A stretch of DNA of 64,000 nucleotides from Verrucomicrobiales bacterium (GTDB lineage: Bacteria; Verrucomicrobiota; Verrucomicrobiia; Limisphaerales; UBA1100), in contig SYLI01000055.1 in NCBI GenBank assembly GCA_005809105.1, forward strand, positions 5,039-69,038. Reading direction: 5' to 3'. This document shows, piece by piece, positions 1-10,417 of the stretch (its first letter is position 1; each line of letters starts with the position of its first letter). The notes below the pieces were generated by a model, which had not been told where the DNA came from, made no database searches, and saw only the letters and a program-made list of their open reading frames with translations. A program made the translations under genes and the position numbers.

Positions 1-2039
1 GGCCGCAGTCGGTGCCTGCTCGCAGCGCGGAGTTTGAGCAGCGCCGCAAGCACTGGGCTTTCCAGCCGGTGAAGGATGGTCCGCCGCCCAAGGTTCGCGA
101 CGGCGCTTGGCCGCGCACCAACGTGGATGCGTTTTTGCTGGCGCGCATGGAGCAGGGGGGTGTAAGGCCCGGACCCGAAGCCGACCGGCGCACGCTCATC
201 CGAAGAGCCACCTTCGACCTCATTGGGCTGCCGCCTTCGCCCGAGGAAGTGGAGGCGTTTCTCAAGGACACGGCGCCGGGCGCGTTCGCACGGGTGGTGG
301 ATCGGCTTCTGGATTCGCGGCACTACGGCGAGCGCTGGGGCCGCCACTGGCTGGATCTGGCGCGTTATGCCGACTCGGCGGGCAACACCGCCGACTATCC
401 CATTCCACAGGCGTACAAGTACCGCGACTACGTGATCGGCGCCTTCAACGCCGACAAGCCCTACGATCAGTTTATCCGCGAACAGCTCGCCGGCGATCTG
501 CTGCAGGCTGCGCAAGCCACCTACAATCCCGAACTGACGGTGGCCACGGGCTATCTGGCCAGCATTCGCCAGTTTGGTTTCAAGGGGGTCGCACACCTCT
601 CCATCGAGGACGCCATCGAAAACACCGGGCGCACATTTCTGGGGCTGTCGGTCAATTGCGCGCGCTGCCACGACCACAAATTTGACCCCATCACGAGCGA
701 CGACTACTACGCGCTCTACGGCTTCTTCGGCAGCACCACCTTTCCGCATCCGGGCAGCGAGGAGAACCAGCGCCCCAAAGATCTGGTGCCGTTGCTTTCC
801 AAGGAGGGGATCGCGCAGGCCGACACGGTGCGCAAGCAGCAGCTTGCGGCGCTGGAGGCGCGGCTAAAGCAGGCCGAAGCCGCCAAGGCGGCCGCCGACG
901 CGCTGCCCGTGAGCCCTGAAAAGAAGGCGAAGGTGGACGCCGCCGCCAAGGCCGTGGCCGCCGCCAAGGCGGAGCACAAGCAGGCCTCGGACACCGCCCC
1001 CTACGAGCTGGCCTACGCCGTTTCAGAGGGCAAGCCCGGCCACGCGCGTTTTCAAGTGCGCGGCGACCCATCCCGGCTGGGCGTCGAAGTGCCCCGCCGC
1101 TTTGTTGAGGTGCTCGGTGGCCACACGTTGCCCAAGGACTGCGCCAACAGCGGCAGGCTCGATCTGGCGAAATGGATTGCCGATCCGGCCAATCCACTGA
1201 CGGCGCGCGTCATGGTCAACCGGATTTGGCAGCACCACTTTGGTCGCGGGCTAGTGGCCACGCCCAGCGACTTTGGCTTGCGCGGACAGCCGCCGACGCA
1301 CCCCGAGCTTCTGGATTTTCTGGCCAGGCGGTTTGTCGAGAGTGGCTGGTCGATCAAGGCGATGCACCGGCTCATCCTTAGCTCGCGCGCATGGCAGGCC
1401 GCCAGCACGGCCGCCGACGCCCCGGGCGAGGCGATGTTCGCCTCCAACAGCGCGCGCGATCCGCACAATGCGCTTCTGTGGCGCGCCGAACGCCGGCGGC
1501 TCGACGCCGAGTCCATTCGCGACGCGTTGCTGGTGGCGGCCGGCAATCTGGAGCGCCAGCCGCCGGGCAAGCATCCCTTCCCGCCGGTGCACACGTGGGG
1601 TTTCACGCAGCACAATCAGTTCTTCGCGCTCTACGAGACCCCCCACCGCACGGTCTACCAGATGCAGCAGCGCTTGCGGAAGCATCCGTTCCTGGCCCTC
1701 TTTGACGGCGCCGACCCCAACGCCCCCACCGCGGCGCGCGAGCCCAGCACGACGCCGCTCCAGTCGCTCTTTATGATGAACGACAAGTTGGTGCATGAGC
1801 AGGCCGCGCTGTTCGCCGCGCGCGTGCAGCAGGGCACGGCCGACCCCGCGCGGCAGGTTGAGCGCGCCTTCCAGATTTTGTATGGGCGTGCGCCTCAGCC
1901 CGACGAGTCGCAAGCCGCCGCGGAGTTTCTAAAAACGGCCGGCGCACGGCTGGCCCAGAGTCCGTCGCCCGCGTCCCAAGCGTGGGCAAGCCTGAGCCGC
2001 GCATTGCTGGGCGCCAACGAGTTTCTCTACGTGGATTGA
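1..2039 (+). CDS. DUF1549/DUF1553 (PSCyt2/PSD1) domain protein, 5' partial (module 1, subtype A)
   Basis: The reading frame (phase from nt 3) stays open to the window edge. HWAFQPV lies only 14 aa after the first in-window start, whereas paralogs have about 30-40 aa of signal peptide before it, so the true start is upstream of the window. Motifs: WLDLARYADS..YRDYVIGAFNADKPYDQF..AGDLL, CARCHDHKFDPI, NPLTARVMVNRIWQHHFG, terminal LLGANEFLYVD. Confidence 0.85.
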   Translation, partial: PQSVPARSAEFEQRRKHWAFQPVKDGPPPKVRDGAWPRTNVDAFLLARMEQGGVRPGPEADRRTLIRRATFDLIGLPPSPEEVEAFLKDTAPGAFARVVDRLLDSRHYGERWGRHWLDLARYADSAGNTADYPIPQAYKYRDYVIGAFNADKPYDQFIREQLAGDLLQAAQATYNPELTVATGYLASIRQFGFKGVAHLSIEDAIENTGRTFLGLSVNCARCHDHKFDPITSDDYYALYGFFGSTTFPHPGSEENQRPKDLVPLLSKEGIAQADTVRKQQLAALEARLKQAEAAKAAADALPVSPEKKAKVDAAAKAVAAAKAEHKQASDTAPYELAYAVSEGKPGHARFQVRGDPSRLGVEVPRRFVEVLGGHTLPKDCANSGRLDLAKWIADPANPLTARVMVNRIWQHHFGRGLVATPSDFGLRGQPPTHPELLDFLARRFVESGWSIKAMHRLILSSRAWQAASTAADAPGEAMFASNSARDPHNALLWRAERRRLDAESIRDALLVAAGNLERQPPGKHPFPPVHTWGFTQHNQFFALYETPHRTVYQMQQRLRKHPFLALFDGADPNAPTAAREPSTTPLQSLFMMNDKLVHEQAALFAARVQQGTADPARQVERAFQILYGRAPQPDESQAAAEFLKTAGARLAQSPSPASQAWASLSRALLGANEFLYVD

Positions 2040-2047
2040 TCTGCACC

Positions 2048-3472
2048 ATGAACCGCCGCGCCGCACTCCAGTCGCTCGCAGGCAACTCACTGCTCCTGCC
2101 CGGCATGCTCTGCGAACTCTTGGGAGAGGACGCCCGCGGCGCTGGAACGGCCGCGCCCGCCTTGACGGACCCGCTGGCGCCGCAGCGACCGCATTTCGTG
2201 CCGAAGGCAAAGCGCGTCATCTACCTGCACATGAGTGGCGGCGTGTCGCACGTGGACTCGTGGGACTACAAGCCGCGCCTCGTTGCCGACCACAACCAGC
2301 CCTATCAGGTTCCCCGGAAGATGCTGGAGGCTTTTGCCGAGAACAACCGCAGCCCGGTGAAGTTTTACAAAAAGCCCGTGTGGGATTTTAAGCCCCGCGG
2401 GCAGTCGGGACTGTGGATCAGCGAGCTTTTTCCCAAGACGGCCGAGTGCGCGGACGACCTGTGCCTCATCCGCTCGATGTACAACGACCATGCCGACCAC
2501 GCGCAGGCCACGCTCGGCATTCACACCGGCTCGGTCAATTTCACGCGGCCGAGCATGGGCTCGTGGGTGAGCTACGGGCTGGGCACCCAGAACGCCAACC
2601 TGCCCAGCTTCATGGTCATCGCGCCGGTGCTGCCCTACTCGGGCGCGCAGGTGTGGGCGTCGGATTTTCTGCCTGGCTGCCATCAGGGCACGCATGTCGT
2701 GCCCGGGCCAAACCCGGTGCCCAACATCCAGCGACGCCTGCCCGACGCGGAGTTGCAGGCGATGGAGCTGGGGCTCTCGGCAGCCTTGAATCGGCGGCAT
2801 TTGCTTGCGCGCGGCAACGACCCGCAGCTGGCGGCGCGCATCCGCGCGTTTGAAACCGCCTTTGGCATGCAGGCCGCCGCGCCTGAGGCGTTCGATCTTT
2901 CAAAGGAGTCTGATGCCACCCACCGGCTTTACGGTCTGGAGCGCGGCAGCACGAAGGGCTTCGCGTGGCAGTGCCTCATGGCCCGGCGACTGGCCGAGCG
3001 CGGCGTGCGGTTTATTGAGCTCATCGACACCGGTGCGTCGGGCAACTGGGATTCGCACGGCGATGTTGGCGGCGACCACGGACGGCTGGCCCGGAATGTG
3101 GACGGGCCCATCGCCGCGCTGCTCAAGGACCTCAAGGGCCGCGGGATGCTCTCCGACACGCTGGTGGTCTGGGGCACCGAATTTGGGCGCACGCCCTTTA
3201 ACACCGCCAAGGACGCGAAGGGCCGCGAGCATCACGCGCAGGCGTTCACCTGCTGGATGGCAGGCGGCGGCGTCAAGGGTGGCATCAGTTACGGCGAGAC
3301 CGATGAGTACGGCAACGCAGTCGCCGTCAACGGCGTCCACGTCCACGATTTCCACGCCACCCTGCTGCACTTGCTGGGGCTGGATCACACGCGGCTGACC
3401 TACCGACACGCTGGGCGCGATTTCCGCCTCACCGACGTGCAGGGCAATGTCGTGCAGGACATCCTCGCCTGA
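2048..3472 (+). CDS. DUF1501 domain protein (Tat signal; partner of module 1)
   Basis: ATG at 2048 lies 8 nt after the upstream stop. N-terminus MNRRAALQS. Motifs GGVSHVDSWDYKP, MGSWVSYGLGTQNANLP, NWDSHGD, WGTEFGRTP, terminal RDFRLTDVQGNVVQDILA. The track ORF start at 1982 overlaps the upstream gene and is rejected. Confidence 0.9.
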   Translation: MNRRAALQSLAGNSLLLPGMLCELLGEDARGAGTAAPALTDPLAPQRPHFVPKAKRVIYLHMSGGVSHVDSWDYKPRLVADHNQPYQVPRKMLEAFAENNRSPVKFYKKPVWDFKPRGQSGLWISELFPKTAECADDLCLIRSMYNDHADHAQATLGIHTGSVNFTRPSMGSWVSYGLGTQNANLPSFMVIAPVLPYSGAQVWASDFLPGCHQGTHVVPGPNPVPNIQRRLPDAELQAMELGLSAALNRRHLLARGNDPQLAARIRAFETAFGMQAAAPEAFDLSKESDATHRLYGLERGSTKGFAWQCLMARRLAERGVRFIELIDTGASGNWDSHGDVGGDHGRLARNVDGPIAALLKDLKGRGMLSDTLVVWGTEFGRTPFNTAKDAKGREHHAQAFTCWMAGGGVKGGISYGETDEYGNAVAVNGVHVHDFHATLLHLLGLDHTRLTYRHAGRDFRLTDVQGNVVQDILA

Positions 3473-3475
3473 GGG

Positions 3476-6328
3476 ATGAGCGCCGCGCGGCCAATCCTCC
3501 TCTCGTTGGCAATCGCCGCGGCGCTGACGCCGCAACCCGCCGGTGCCGCGCCTAGCGATGCGGAGTTTTTTGAAAGCAAGATCCGGCCGCTGCTCACCGC
3601 CCACTGCATGGAGTGCCACGGCGAGGAAAAGCAGAAGGGGGGATTGCGGCTGGATTCGCGTGCCGGTTGGACGAAGGGCGGCGAGAGCGGCCCGGCGCTG
3701 GTTCCCGGAAACGTGCAAGCCAGCCTGCTCCTCAAGGCCGTGCATTACCTCGACCCCAACCTGCAAATGCCGCCCAAGCGCCGGCTGTCCGACGCTCAGG
3801 TCGGGGACTTGGAGCAATGGGTGCGGCGCGGCGCGCCCGATCCGCGCGCGGAGGCCACGACCACGCGTCCCAAGCAGACGGGCTTGACCCTTGAGCAAGG
3901 TCGCAAGTTCTGGTCGTACCTGCCGGTGAAGGCGCAGTCCGTCCCGGCGGTGAAGGATGCGACGTGGCCGCGCGGCGAGGTGGATCGGTTTCTCCTCACC
4001 CGGATGGAGACGCGATCGGTGCGGCCCTCGGGCGATGCCGACCGCGCCACCCTGGCGCGCCGGGTGTTTTACGATCTGACCGGCCTGCCACCCACGCCAG
4101 AGCAGCTGGCGGCCTTTGTGGACGACCCCGCGCCCGACGCCTACCCGCGGCTGGTGGATTCGCTTCTGGCCAGCCCCCAATTCGGCGAGCGCTGGGGGCG
4201 CCACTGGCTGGACGTGGCCCGTTATGCGGAGTCGCTCACGCTGCGCGGATTCATCCTCAAGGACGCGTGGCGCTACCGCGACTACGTGATTGATGCCTTC
4301 AACGACGACCGGCCCTACGACCAGTTTGTCCGTGAGCAAATTGCCGGTGACCTGCTGCCGCACACCACGCGAGCGCAGCGCGAGCGGCAGATGGTGGCCA
4401 CCACCTTCCTGGCGCTGGGCAACACGAACCTGGAGGAGCAGGACAAGCAGCAGCTGGTGATGGATGTGGTAGATGAGCAGCTCGACACGCTGGGCAAAAC
4501 CTTTCTGGCGCAGACCATCGGCTGCGCCCGCTGTCACGACCACAAGTTTGATCCCATCCCCACGGCCGACTACTACGCGCTCGCCGGCATCCTCAAAAAC
4601 ACGCGCACGCTGGAGCATTCCAATGTCTCCAAATGGATCGAGGTGCCCCTGCCGGTCGATCCCTCTGAGGAAAAGGTGTTAAAGGACCACGACGCGGCCG
4701 TGGCGGTCTTGCAGGCGCGCATCAAGGCAGCGCGCGACCGGGAGAAGGTGGCGGCAAAACCCACGCCACGCACCGGCGGCGCGCTGGATCCGGCGACGCT
4801 CCCGGGTGTCGTGGTGGACGACACCCAGGCCAAGCGCGTGGGGGATTGGACGGCGTCGCGGTTTTCGGGGCGCTTCATCGGCGAGGGCTATTTGCACGAT
4901 GGCGCCGCCGGCAAGGGAAAGCGCACGCTCACCTTCCTGCCGGAACTGCCCCACGCCGGCCGCTACGAGGTGCGGCTGGCCTACGTGCCCGGCCGCAACC
5001 GTGCGGCGGCCGTGCCGGTGACTGTGTTCAGCGCCGATGGCGAAAAGCTCCTCACCATCAATCAGCAGGAGGATCCGCCCTTGGACGGCCGGTTCATCAT
5101 TCTGGGCGTGTTCCGTTTCGAACTCAACGGGCAGGGCTTTGTCATCGTGTCCAACGACAGCGAGGGACACGTGGTGGCCGACGCGGTGCAGTTCCTGCCG
5201 GTGGATGTGAAGGACACACCCGCCAAGCCGGCCGTCGGCGCGAGCCCGGCGCCGCCCGCCCGGGCGGGGGCGGATCCCACGGCAGAGATCAAGGCGCTCG
5301 AGGCGGAGCTCAAGCAGCTCCAGTCGCGGGGGCCCCAGCGCCCCACCTGCCTCTCGGTGCGCGAGGAGGAGAAAATTGCCGACGCCCGCGTGCACGTGCG
5401 CGGCAGCGTCCACAACCTGGGCGCGCTGGTGCCGCGCGGTTTTCTGCAGGTCGCCAGCGCGGGCCCTGCGGCTTCCCTTCCCGCCGGACAGAGCGGCCGT
5501 CTTGAGCTGGCGCAATGGATGACGCGCAACGACAACCCGCTCACGGCGCGCGTCATGGTGAACCGCACGTGGCATTGGATTTTCGGAGCGGGACTGGTGC
5601 GCACGACAGACAACTTTGGCACCACCGGCGAGCGGCCCTCGCATCCCGAACTGCTCGACCACCTTGCCGCCCGCTTCATGCAGCAGGGCTGGTCGGTGAA
5701 GAAACTCGTGCGCGAACTGGTGATGAGCCGCGCCTATCAGCTCTCCAGCGCCGCTGCGCCCGCGTTGCTTCGCGCCGATCCGGAGAACCGGCTTTTCGCC
5801 CGTGCCAGCCGCCGCCGGCTGGACGCCGAGTCCCTCCGCGACACGCTGCTGCTCCTGGGCGGCAACCTCGCGGGGCAGCGTGGCGGGCCCACCCTGCGCC
5901 CCGACACCGCCGCCGACTACGCCTATCGGCATGACGACACGCGCCGCAGCGTGTACGCGCCCGTGCTTCGCAACGCGCTGCCCGATTTGTTCGAGGTGTT
6001 TGACTTCGCCGACCCCAGCGTGGCCACGGGCGCGCGCAACACCAGCACCGCATCCACGCAGGCGCTGTTCATGCTTAATCATCCCTTCGTGCGGCAGCAG
6101 GCGGCCGCGGCGGCGGGGCGAACGTTGGGGCTGCCGGCTGCAGATTCGGCGCAGCGCGTGCGGCGGGCATGGCTTGCGGCGCTGGCGCGCGAGCCTTCCA
6201 AGGCCGAAGCGGCGCTCGCCGCCAGGCGACTGGCGGAAGCCGGCGCGGACCCCGCCCAGTTGCGCGAGGCGTGGACACAAATCTGGCACGCGCTTGTTGC
6301 CAGTGTGGACTTCCGTCACGTCAATTAA
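3476..6328 (+). CDS. PSCyt1 + DUF1549 + DUF1553 protein with internal beta-sandwich-like insert (module 2, subtype A)
   Basis: ATG lies 3 nt after the upstream stop. Sec-type signal MSAARPILLSLAIAAALTPQPAGAA. N-terminal CMECHG (CxxCH) followed by LQMPP, then WLDVARYAES..AGDLL, CARCHDHKFDPI and NPLTARVMVNRTWHWIFG. An extra roughly 130 aa lies between the DUF1549 and DUF1553 parts. Confidence 0.9.
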   Translation: MSAARPILLSLAIAAALTPQPAGAAPSDAEFFESKIRPLLTAHCMECHGEEKQKGGLRLDSRAGWTKGGESGPALVPGNVQASLLLKAVHYLDPNLQMPPKRRLSDAQVGDLEQWVRRGAPDPRAEATTTRPKQTGLTLEQGRKFWSYLPVKAQSVPAVKDATWPRGEVDRFLLTRMETRSVRPSGDADRATLARRVFYDLTGLPPTPEQLAAFVDDPAPDAYPRLVDSLLASPQFGERWGRHWLDVARYAESLTLRGFILKDAWRYRDYVIDAFNDDRPYDQFVREQIAGDLLPHTTRAQRERQMVATTFLALGNTNLEEQDKQQLVMDVVDEQLDTLGKTFLAQTIGCARCHDHKFDPIPTADYYALAGILKNTRTLEHSNVSKWIEVPLPVDPSEEKVLKDHDAAVAVLQARIKAARDREKVAAKPTPRTGGALDPATLPGVVVDDTQAKRVGDWTASRFSGRFIGEGYLHDGAAGKGKRTLTFLPELPHAGRYEVRLAYVPGRNRAAAVPVTVFSADGEKLLTINQQEDPPLDGRFIILGVFRFELNGQGFVIVSNDSEGHVVADAVQFLPVDVKDTPAKPAVGASPAPPARAGADPTAEIKALEAELKQLQSRGPQRPTCLSVREEEKIADARVHVRGSVHNLGALVPRGFLQVASAGPAASLPAGQSGRLELAQWMTRNDNPLTARVMVNRTWHWIFGAGLVRTTDNFGTTGERPSHPELLDHLAARFMQQGWSVKKLVRELVMSRAYQLSSAAAPALLRADPENRLFARASRRRLDAESLRDTLLLLGGNLAGQRGGPTLRPDTAADYAYRHDDTRRSVYAPVLRNALPDLFEVFDFADPSVATGARNTSTASTQALFMLNHPFVRQQAAAAAGRTLGLPAADSAQRVRRAWLAALAREPSKAEAALAARRLAEAGADPAQLREAWTQIWHALVASVDFRHVN

Positions 6329-6396
6329 TCCCCAGAACTCCTCTCCCCAAAATGCGGCTGGCGGTGCGGCTGCGCGCATGATTAGAATGCACCCCA

Positions 6397-7842
6397 ATGA
6401 GCAAGGATCGCCATCGGGTCTTCGCGCCAGTGCTCTGGACGCGCCGCGGGGCGCTTGAGGCGGCCGCCTGCGGATTTGGTTCGATGGCACTCTCGGGCTT
6501 GGCGGCGGAACCGGCGGGGGCGATGGCGCATCCGCTGGAGCCCAAGCGGCCGCATCACCCGGCGCGCGCCAAGCGCGTCATCTTCCTCTTCATGCAGGGC
6601 GGTGTGAGCCACGTGGATTCCTTTGACCACAAGCCGCTGCTGACGGAGCGCGACGGGCAGATGTTTGACTTTGACGACGCGCGCAAAATCGCCAACTCCG
6701 GCAAGCGTGAGGCGACCTCGCAGCGTGTGATGAAGCCGCTGTGGAAGTTCGGCCGTCACGGCCAGTCGGGCCGGTGGGGCAGCGATCTCTTTCCTGAAAT
6801 GTGCCGGCACGTGGATGAGATGACGTTCATCCACTCGCTGCGCACCGAGGGCATCGCGCATGGGCCGGCCACGCTGTTTCTGCACTGCGGCGCCACGCAG
6901 TTCATCCGCCCCTCGATGGGCTCGTGGGTCACCTACGGCCTGGGCACGGAGAACGAGAACCTCCCGGGCTTCGTGTCCATCAGCCCGTCCAGTGGCAACG
7001 GCGGGCCGCGCAATTTTGGCAACGCCTTTCTGCCGGCCATCTATCAGGGCACGGCGCTGGGCAAGGCCGGTGCTCCAGCCGGCGAGGCGGTGATCCGCCA
7101 CCTCTCCAGTTCGGGGTCGGCGGCGCAGCGGCGGCAATTTGAGCTTTTGCAGGCCCTCAACGCGGAGCAGCTCAAGCGCACGCCGGGCGAGTCGGAGCTG
7201 GAGGCCGTGGCCAGTTCGTATGAGCTGGCGTGGCGCATGCAGCATCGCGCGCCCGAGGTGTTTGACCTTTCGGCAGAGTCGGGCGCGACACGGGCGCTCT
7301 ACGGCATCGGTGATCCCAAGACCGACAATTTTGGCCGCCAATGCCTGCTGGCGCGGCGGCTCTGCGAGTCGGGCGTGCGTTACATTCAGGTGACCTACGG
7401 CGACAACTCGGCCAATCCCGCGTGGGATCAGCATTCCAATCTGCCCAAACACAAGGATCACGCGCGGGCGGTGGACAAGCCCATCGCGGGACTGCTGCAG
7501 GATCTCAAGGCGCGCGGTCTGCTCGAGGACACCATCGTGTGGTGGGGCGGCGAGTTTGGCCGCACACCTTATGCCGAGAAGAACGGCACCGGGCGCGATC
7601 ACAACGCCGGCGGCTTCACCGTGTGGCTGGCGGGCGGTGGGCTTCGCAAGGGCCATGCTCATGGCGCGACCGATGAATGGGGCCACAAGGCCGTGGAGGA
7701 CAAGATGCACATGCACGACCTTCACGCCACCATTCTGCACCTGCTGGGGCTGGACCACGAGCATCTGACCTTCCGCTACAGCGGCCGCAATTTCCGCCTC
7801 ACCGACGTTCACGGCCGCGTGGTGCGCGAGCTTCTGGCTTAA
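6397..7842 (+). CDS. DUF1501 domain protein (Tat signal; partner of module 2)
   Basis: TRRGALEAAA N-terminus, GGVSHVDSFDHKP, MGSWVTYGLGTENENLP, AWDQHSN, WGGEFGRTP, terminal RNFRLTDVHGRVVRELLA. Confidence 0.9.
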   Translation: MSKDRHRVFAPVLWTRRGALEAAACGFGSMALSGLAAEPAGAMAHPLEPKRPHHPARAKRVIFLFMQGGVSHVDSFDHKPLLTERDGQMFDFDDARKIANSGKREATSQRVMKPLWKFGRHGQSGRWGSDLFPEMCRHVDEMTFIHSLRTEGIAHGPATLFLHCGATQFIRPSMGSWVTYGLGTENENLPGFVSISPSSGNGGPRNFGNAFLPAIYQGTALGKAGAPAGEAVIRHLSSSGSAAQRRQFELLQALNAEQLKRTPGESELEAVASSYELAWRMQHRAPEVFDLSAESGATRALYGIGDPKTDNFGRQCLLARRLCESGVRYIQVTYGDNSANPAWDQHSNLPKHKDHARAVDKPIAGLLQDLKARGLLEDTIVWWGGEFGRTPYAEKNGTGRDHNAGGFTVWLAGGGLRKGHAHGATDEWGHKAVEDKMHMHDLHATILHLLGLDHEHLTFRYSGRNFRLTDVHGRVVRELLA

Positions 7843-7857
7843 ACCCTGCGACGTGTC

Positions 7858-9912
7858 ATGCTGCGCATTCCGGGAATCCGCATGACGGCCCTCGGGGTAC
7901 TGGCTGCCGCAGTGGCCCTTGGGATGTGCGCGTGCGCGAATGTACCCGCAGGTGGCGCAGCAACCGCGCCCAAGACTGCGCAGTCTGGTCTCCCGTGGTC
8001 ATTCCAGCCGCTGCGCGAGATGCCGTCGCCCAAAGTCCGCAACGCGAAGTGGCCGCAAAAGCCCATCGACCCCTTTCTTCTTGCCGCGATGGAACGACAG
8101 AGCACGCAGCCCGCTGCGCCTGCTGATGCGCGCACGATCATCCGCCGCCTTCACTTTGATCTCACCGGCCTTGCGCCTACGCCGGAGGAAGTCGAGGCAT
8201 TTGTCGAAGGGAGTTCCCCGGCCGGCAACCGGCAATCGGCCATCGCCGCCGCCGTGGATCGCCTGCTCTCGTCACCCGCCTACGGCGAACGCTGGGCCCG
8301 CTACTGGCTCGACCTCGCGCGCTACGTGGACGAGACCGCCTCGTGGCTGGAGAAGACCACCTCTGCCCACCTCTACCGCGACTGGGTCATCAAGGCGTTT
8401 AACGACGACCTGCCCTACGACCAGTTTGTCATGCGGCAGATTGCCACCGACCAGATGGGCCTGCCGCCGCAGGACCGCCACGCGCTGGCCTTCCTCGGCC
8501 TCGCGCCGACTTACTGGAAGGAACTCCAGCTTCCGCCCGACATCATCAAGGCCACCGTTGCCGACGAATGGGAGGAGCACGTGGACACCTTGAGCCGCAC
8601 CTTCCTCGGCCTCACGCTCGCCTGCGCCCGCTGCCACGACCACAAGTCCGATCCCATCACGGCTGCCGACTACTACGCCATTGCGGGCGTCTTCGCGAGT
8701 GTGCGCCACGCCGAGGTGCCCACGATGGGCGATGAGTTCTGGCTGCCCGTGAAGAAGGCCCGCGAGTCCGTCGCTGCGCTGGAGAAGGAACGCGATGAGC
8801 TCAAGAAGAAAAAGCCCGCACCCGCTGACCTCACCAACCAAGTCGCCGCCATCGATCAGAAAATCGCTGGGCTTAAGACCGGCACGCCGCACTTCAACAT
8901 GGCCATGGCCACGGCCGTCGAGGATGCCGCGCTTTTCGTCATCCCGGCCGCGAACAACAAGGGCACCGTCCTCGACTTCAAGCCTGGTCAGGCCCGCGAC
9001 CTCGAGCTCATGAAGCGCGGCGATCCCAACAAGACGGGCGACATCGTCCCCCGCCGCTTCCTCTCCGCCTTCCCCGCCAAGGACGGACAGCCCCGCCGCT
9101 TCACCACCGGCAGCGGCCGCCTCGAACTCGCCCAGGCCATCGTGCAGGAAGCCGCGCCGCTCACCGCCCGCGTCATGGTCAACCGCGTTTGGCGGCACCA
9201 CTTCGGGCGCGGCATCGTGGACACGCCCAGCGAGTTCGGGCTCACCGGCGACGCGCCCTCGCACCCGGAGCTGCTCGACGACCTCACCGCGCGCTTCATC
9301 AAGAACGGCTGGTCCATCAAATGGCTGCACCGCGAAATCCTCCTCTCCGCCGCGTGGCAGCAAAGCTCGCTCGCGCCCGACTCCGAGAAGCGCGACCCCG
9401 AGAACAAGCTCTTCGCCCGCATGAGCCGCCGCCGTCTCGACTTCGAGGCGTGGCGCGACACCACGCTGGCGTGCGCCGGCACGCTCGAGCGCAGCATGGG
9501 CGGCGTCGCCACGCCGCTCACGTCCGACAAGAACCTCCGCCGCACGCTCTACGGCACCGTGAACCGCCACGAGTTGGAGCCCATGCTGCGCATCCACGAC
9601 TTCCCCGACCCCGCCGCGCACAGCGCCGCGCGCACCGAGACGGCCACCGCGCTGCAAATGCTCTTTTCTCTCAACAGCCCCTTCCTCCTCGCCCAAGCCG
9701 ACGCGTTGGTCGCGCGCATGGAGAAGGAGGCCGGCCCCATGTTAAACGCCCGCGTCACGCGCGCCCACGCCATCCTCTTCCAGCGCCCGCCGACCGCGAA
9801 GGAACTGGCGATGGCCACCGGCTTCCTCACCGGCCGCGAGACCGACAAGAAAGCGTGGAGCCAATACGCCCAAGCCCTGCTCGCCAGCAACGAAACGCAG
9901 TTTGTGGATTGA
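7858..9912 (+). CDS. DUF1549/DUF1553 domain protein (module 3, subtype B)
   Basis: ATG lies 15 nt after the upstream stop and is followed by a hydrophobic signal. Motifs WLDLARYVDE..YRDWVIKAFNDDLPYDQFVMRQIATDQ, CARCHDHKSDPI, APLTARVMVNRVWRHHFG, terminal LLASNETQFVD. Confidence 0.9.
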   Translation: MLRIPGIRMTALGVLAAAVALGMCACANVPAGGAATAPKTAQSGLPWSFQPLREMPSPKVRNAKWPQKPIDPFLLAAMERQSTQPAAPADARTIIRRLHFDLTGLAPTPEEVEAFVEGSSPAGNRQSAIAAAVDRLLSSPAYGERWARYWLDLARYVDETASWLEKTTSAHLYRDWVIKAFNDDLPYDQFVMRQIATDQMGLPPQDRHALAFLGLAPTYWKELQLPPDIIKATVADEWEEHVDTLSRTFLGLTLACARCHDHKSDPITAADYYAIAGVFASVRHAEVPTMGDEFWLPVKKARESVAALEKERDELKKKKPAPADLTNQVAAIDQKIAGLKTGTPHFNMAMATAVEDAALFVIPAANNKGTVLDFKPGQARDLELMKRGDPNKTGDIVPRRFLSAFPAKDGQPRRFTTGSGRLELAQAIVQEAAPLTARVMVNRVWRHHFGRGIVDTPSEFGLTGDAPSHPELLDDLTARFIKNGWSIKWLHREILLSAAWQQSSLAPDSEKRDPENKLFARMSRRRLDFEAWRDTTLACAGTLERSMGGVATPLTSDKNLRRTLYGTVNRHELEPMLRIHDFPDPAAHSAARTETATALQMLFSLNSPFLLAQADALVARMEKEAGPMLNARVTRAHAILFQRPPTAKELAMATGFLTGRETDKKAWSQYAQALLASNETQFVD

Positions 9913-9940
9913 GGAAGAAGGCCATACTGAAAGCGAACGT

Positions 9941-10417
9941 ATGGAATCGCTCACAACTAGAGACGGCAAAGAAGTCTGGTTCAGCCAGACTGAGCGACCT
10001 TTCAGCATTGAGCCGTCGTTTGGTGGACGCCGATTCGTTGCCATCGTCTTTGCCCGCGACGAAACCGTAACTGACGCCGAGCGTCGGTTCGTCACCGAAG
10101 CTCTCTTCAAATCAGGTTGCCGCTACGGCGTGTTTGCTGGACACGAGTGTGGTCGTTGGGAATTGGCGATGGATGCGACGTGCATTGAGAGTGACCCGAA
10201 CTTTGAGCCTTCAGACGAGGCGTTCACACCGACCACCCACCACGCAAGTGAGTCTGTTGAAGACGTGGTGTTCTTCGGACTGACATGCACCGTGAATACA
10301 TTTGTTGAAAGTGAGTTTGACAGGTTCCTGATTCTTTCCGTCGGCCACAGCGTCTCACTTCGCGTTGAAGTTGAAGCCGCTGTTCGTTCTGTTTGGTCGC
10401 TGGATACAGTTGCCTGA
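9941..10417 (+). CDS. Hypothetical acidic protein (158 aa), low-GC insert between module-3 partners
   Basis: An ORF in a visibly lower-GC stretch that uses codons rare in its neighbours (aga, aca, act, gta, tca). ATG at 9941; the track start at 9902 is a TTG that overlaps the upstream gene. The stop lies 8 nt before the DUF1501 start. I recognise no family motif. Confidence 0.5.
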   Translation: MESLTTRDGKEVWFSQTERPFSIEPSFGGRRFVAIVFARDETVTDAERRFVTEALFKSGCRYGVFAGHECGRWELAMDATCIESDPNFEPSDEAFTPTTHHASESVEDVVFFGLTCTVNTFVESEFDRFLILSVGHSVSLRVEVEAAVRSVWSLDTVA

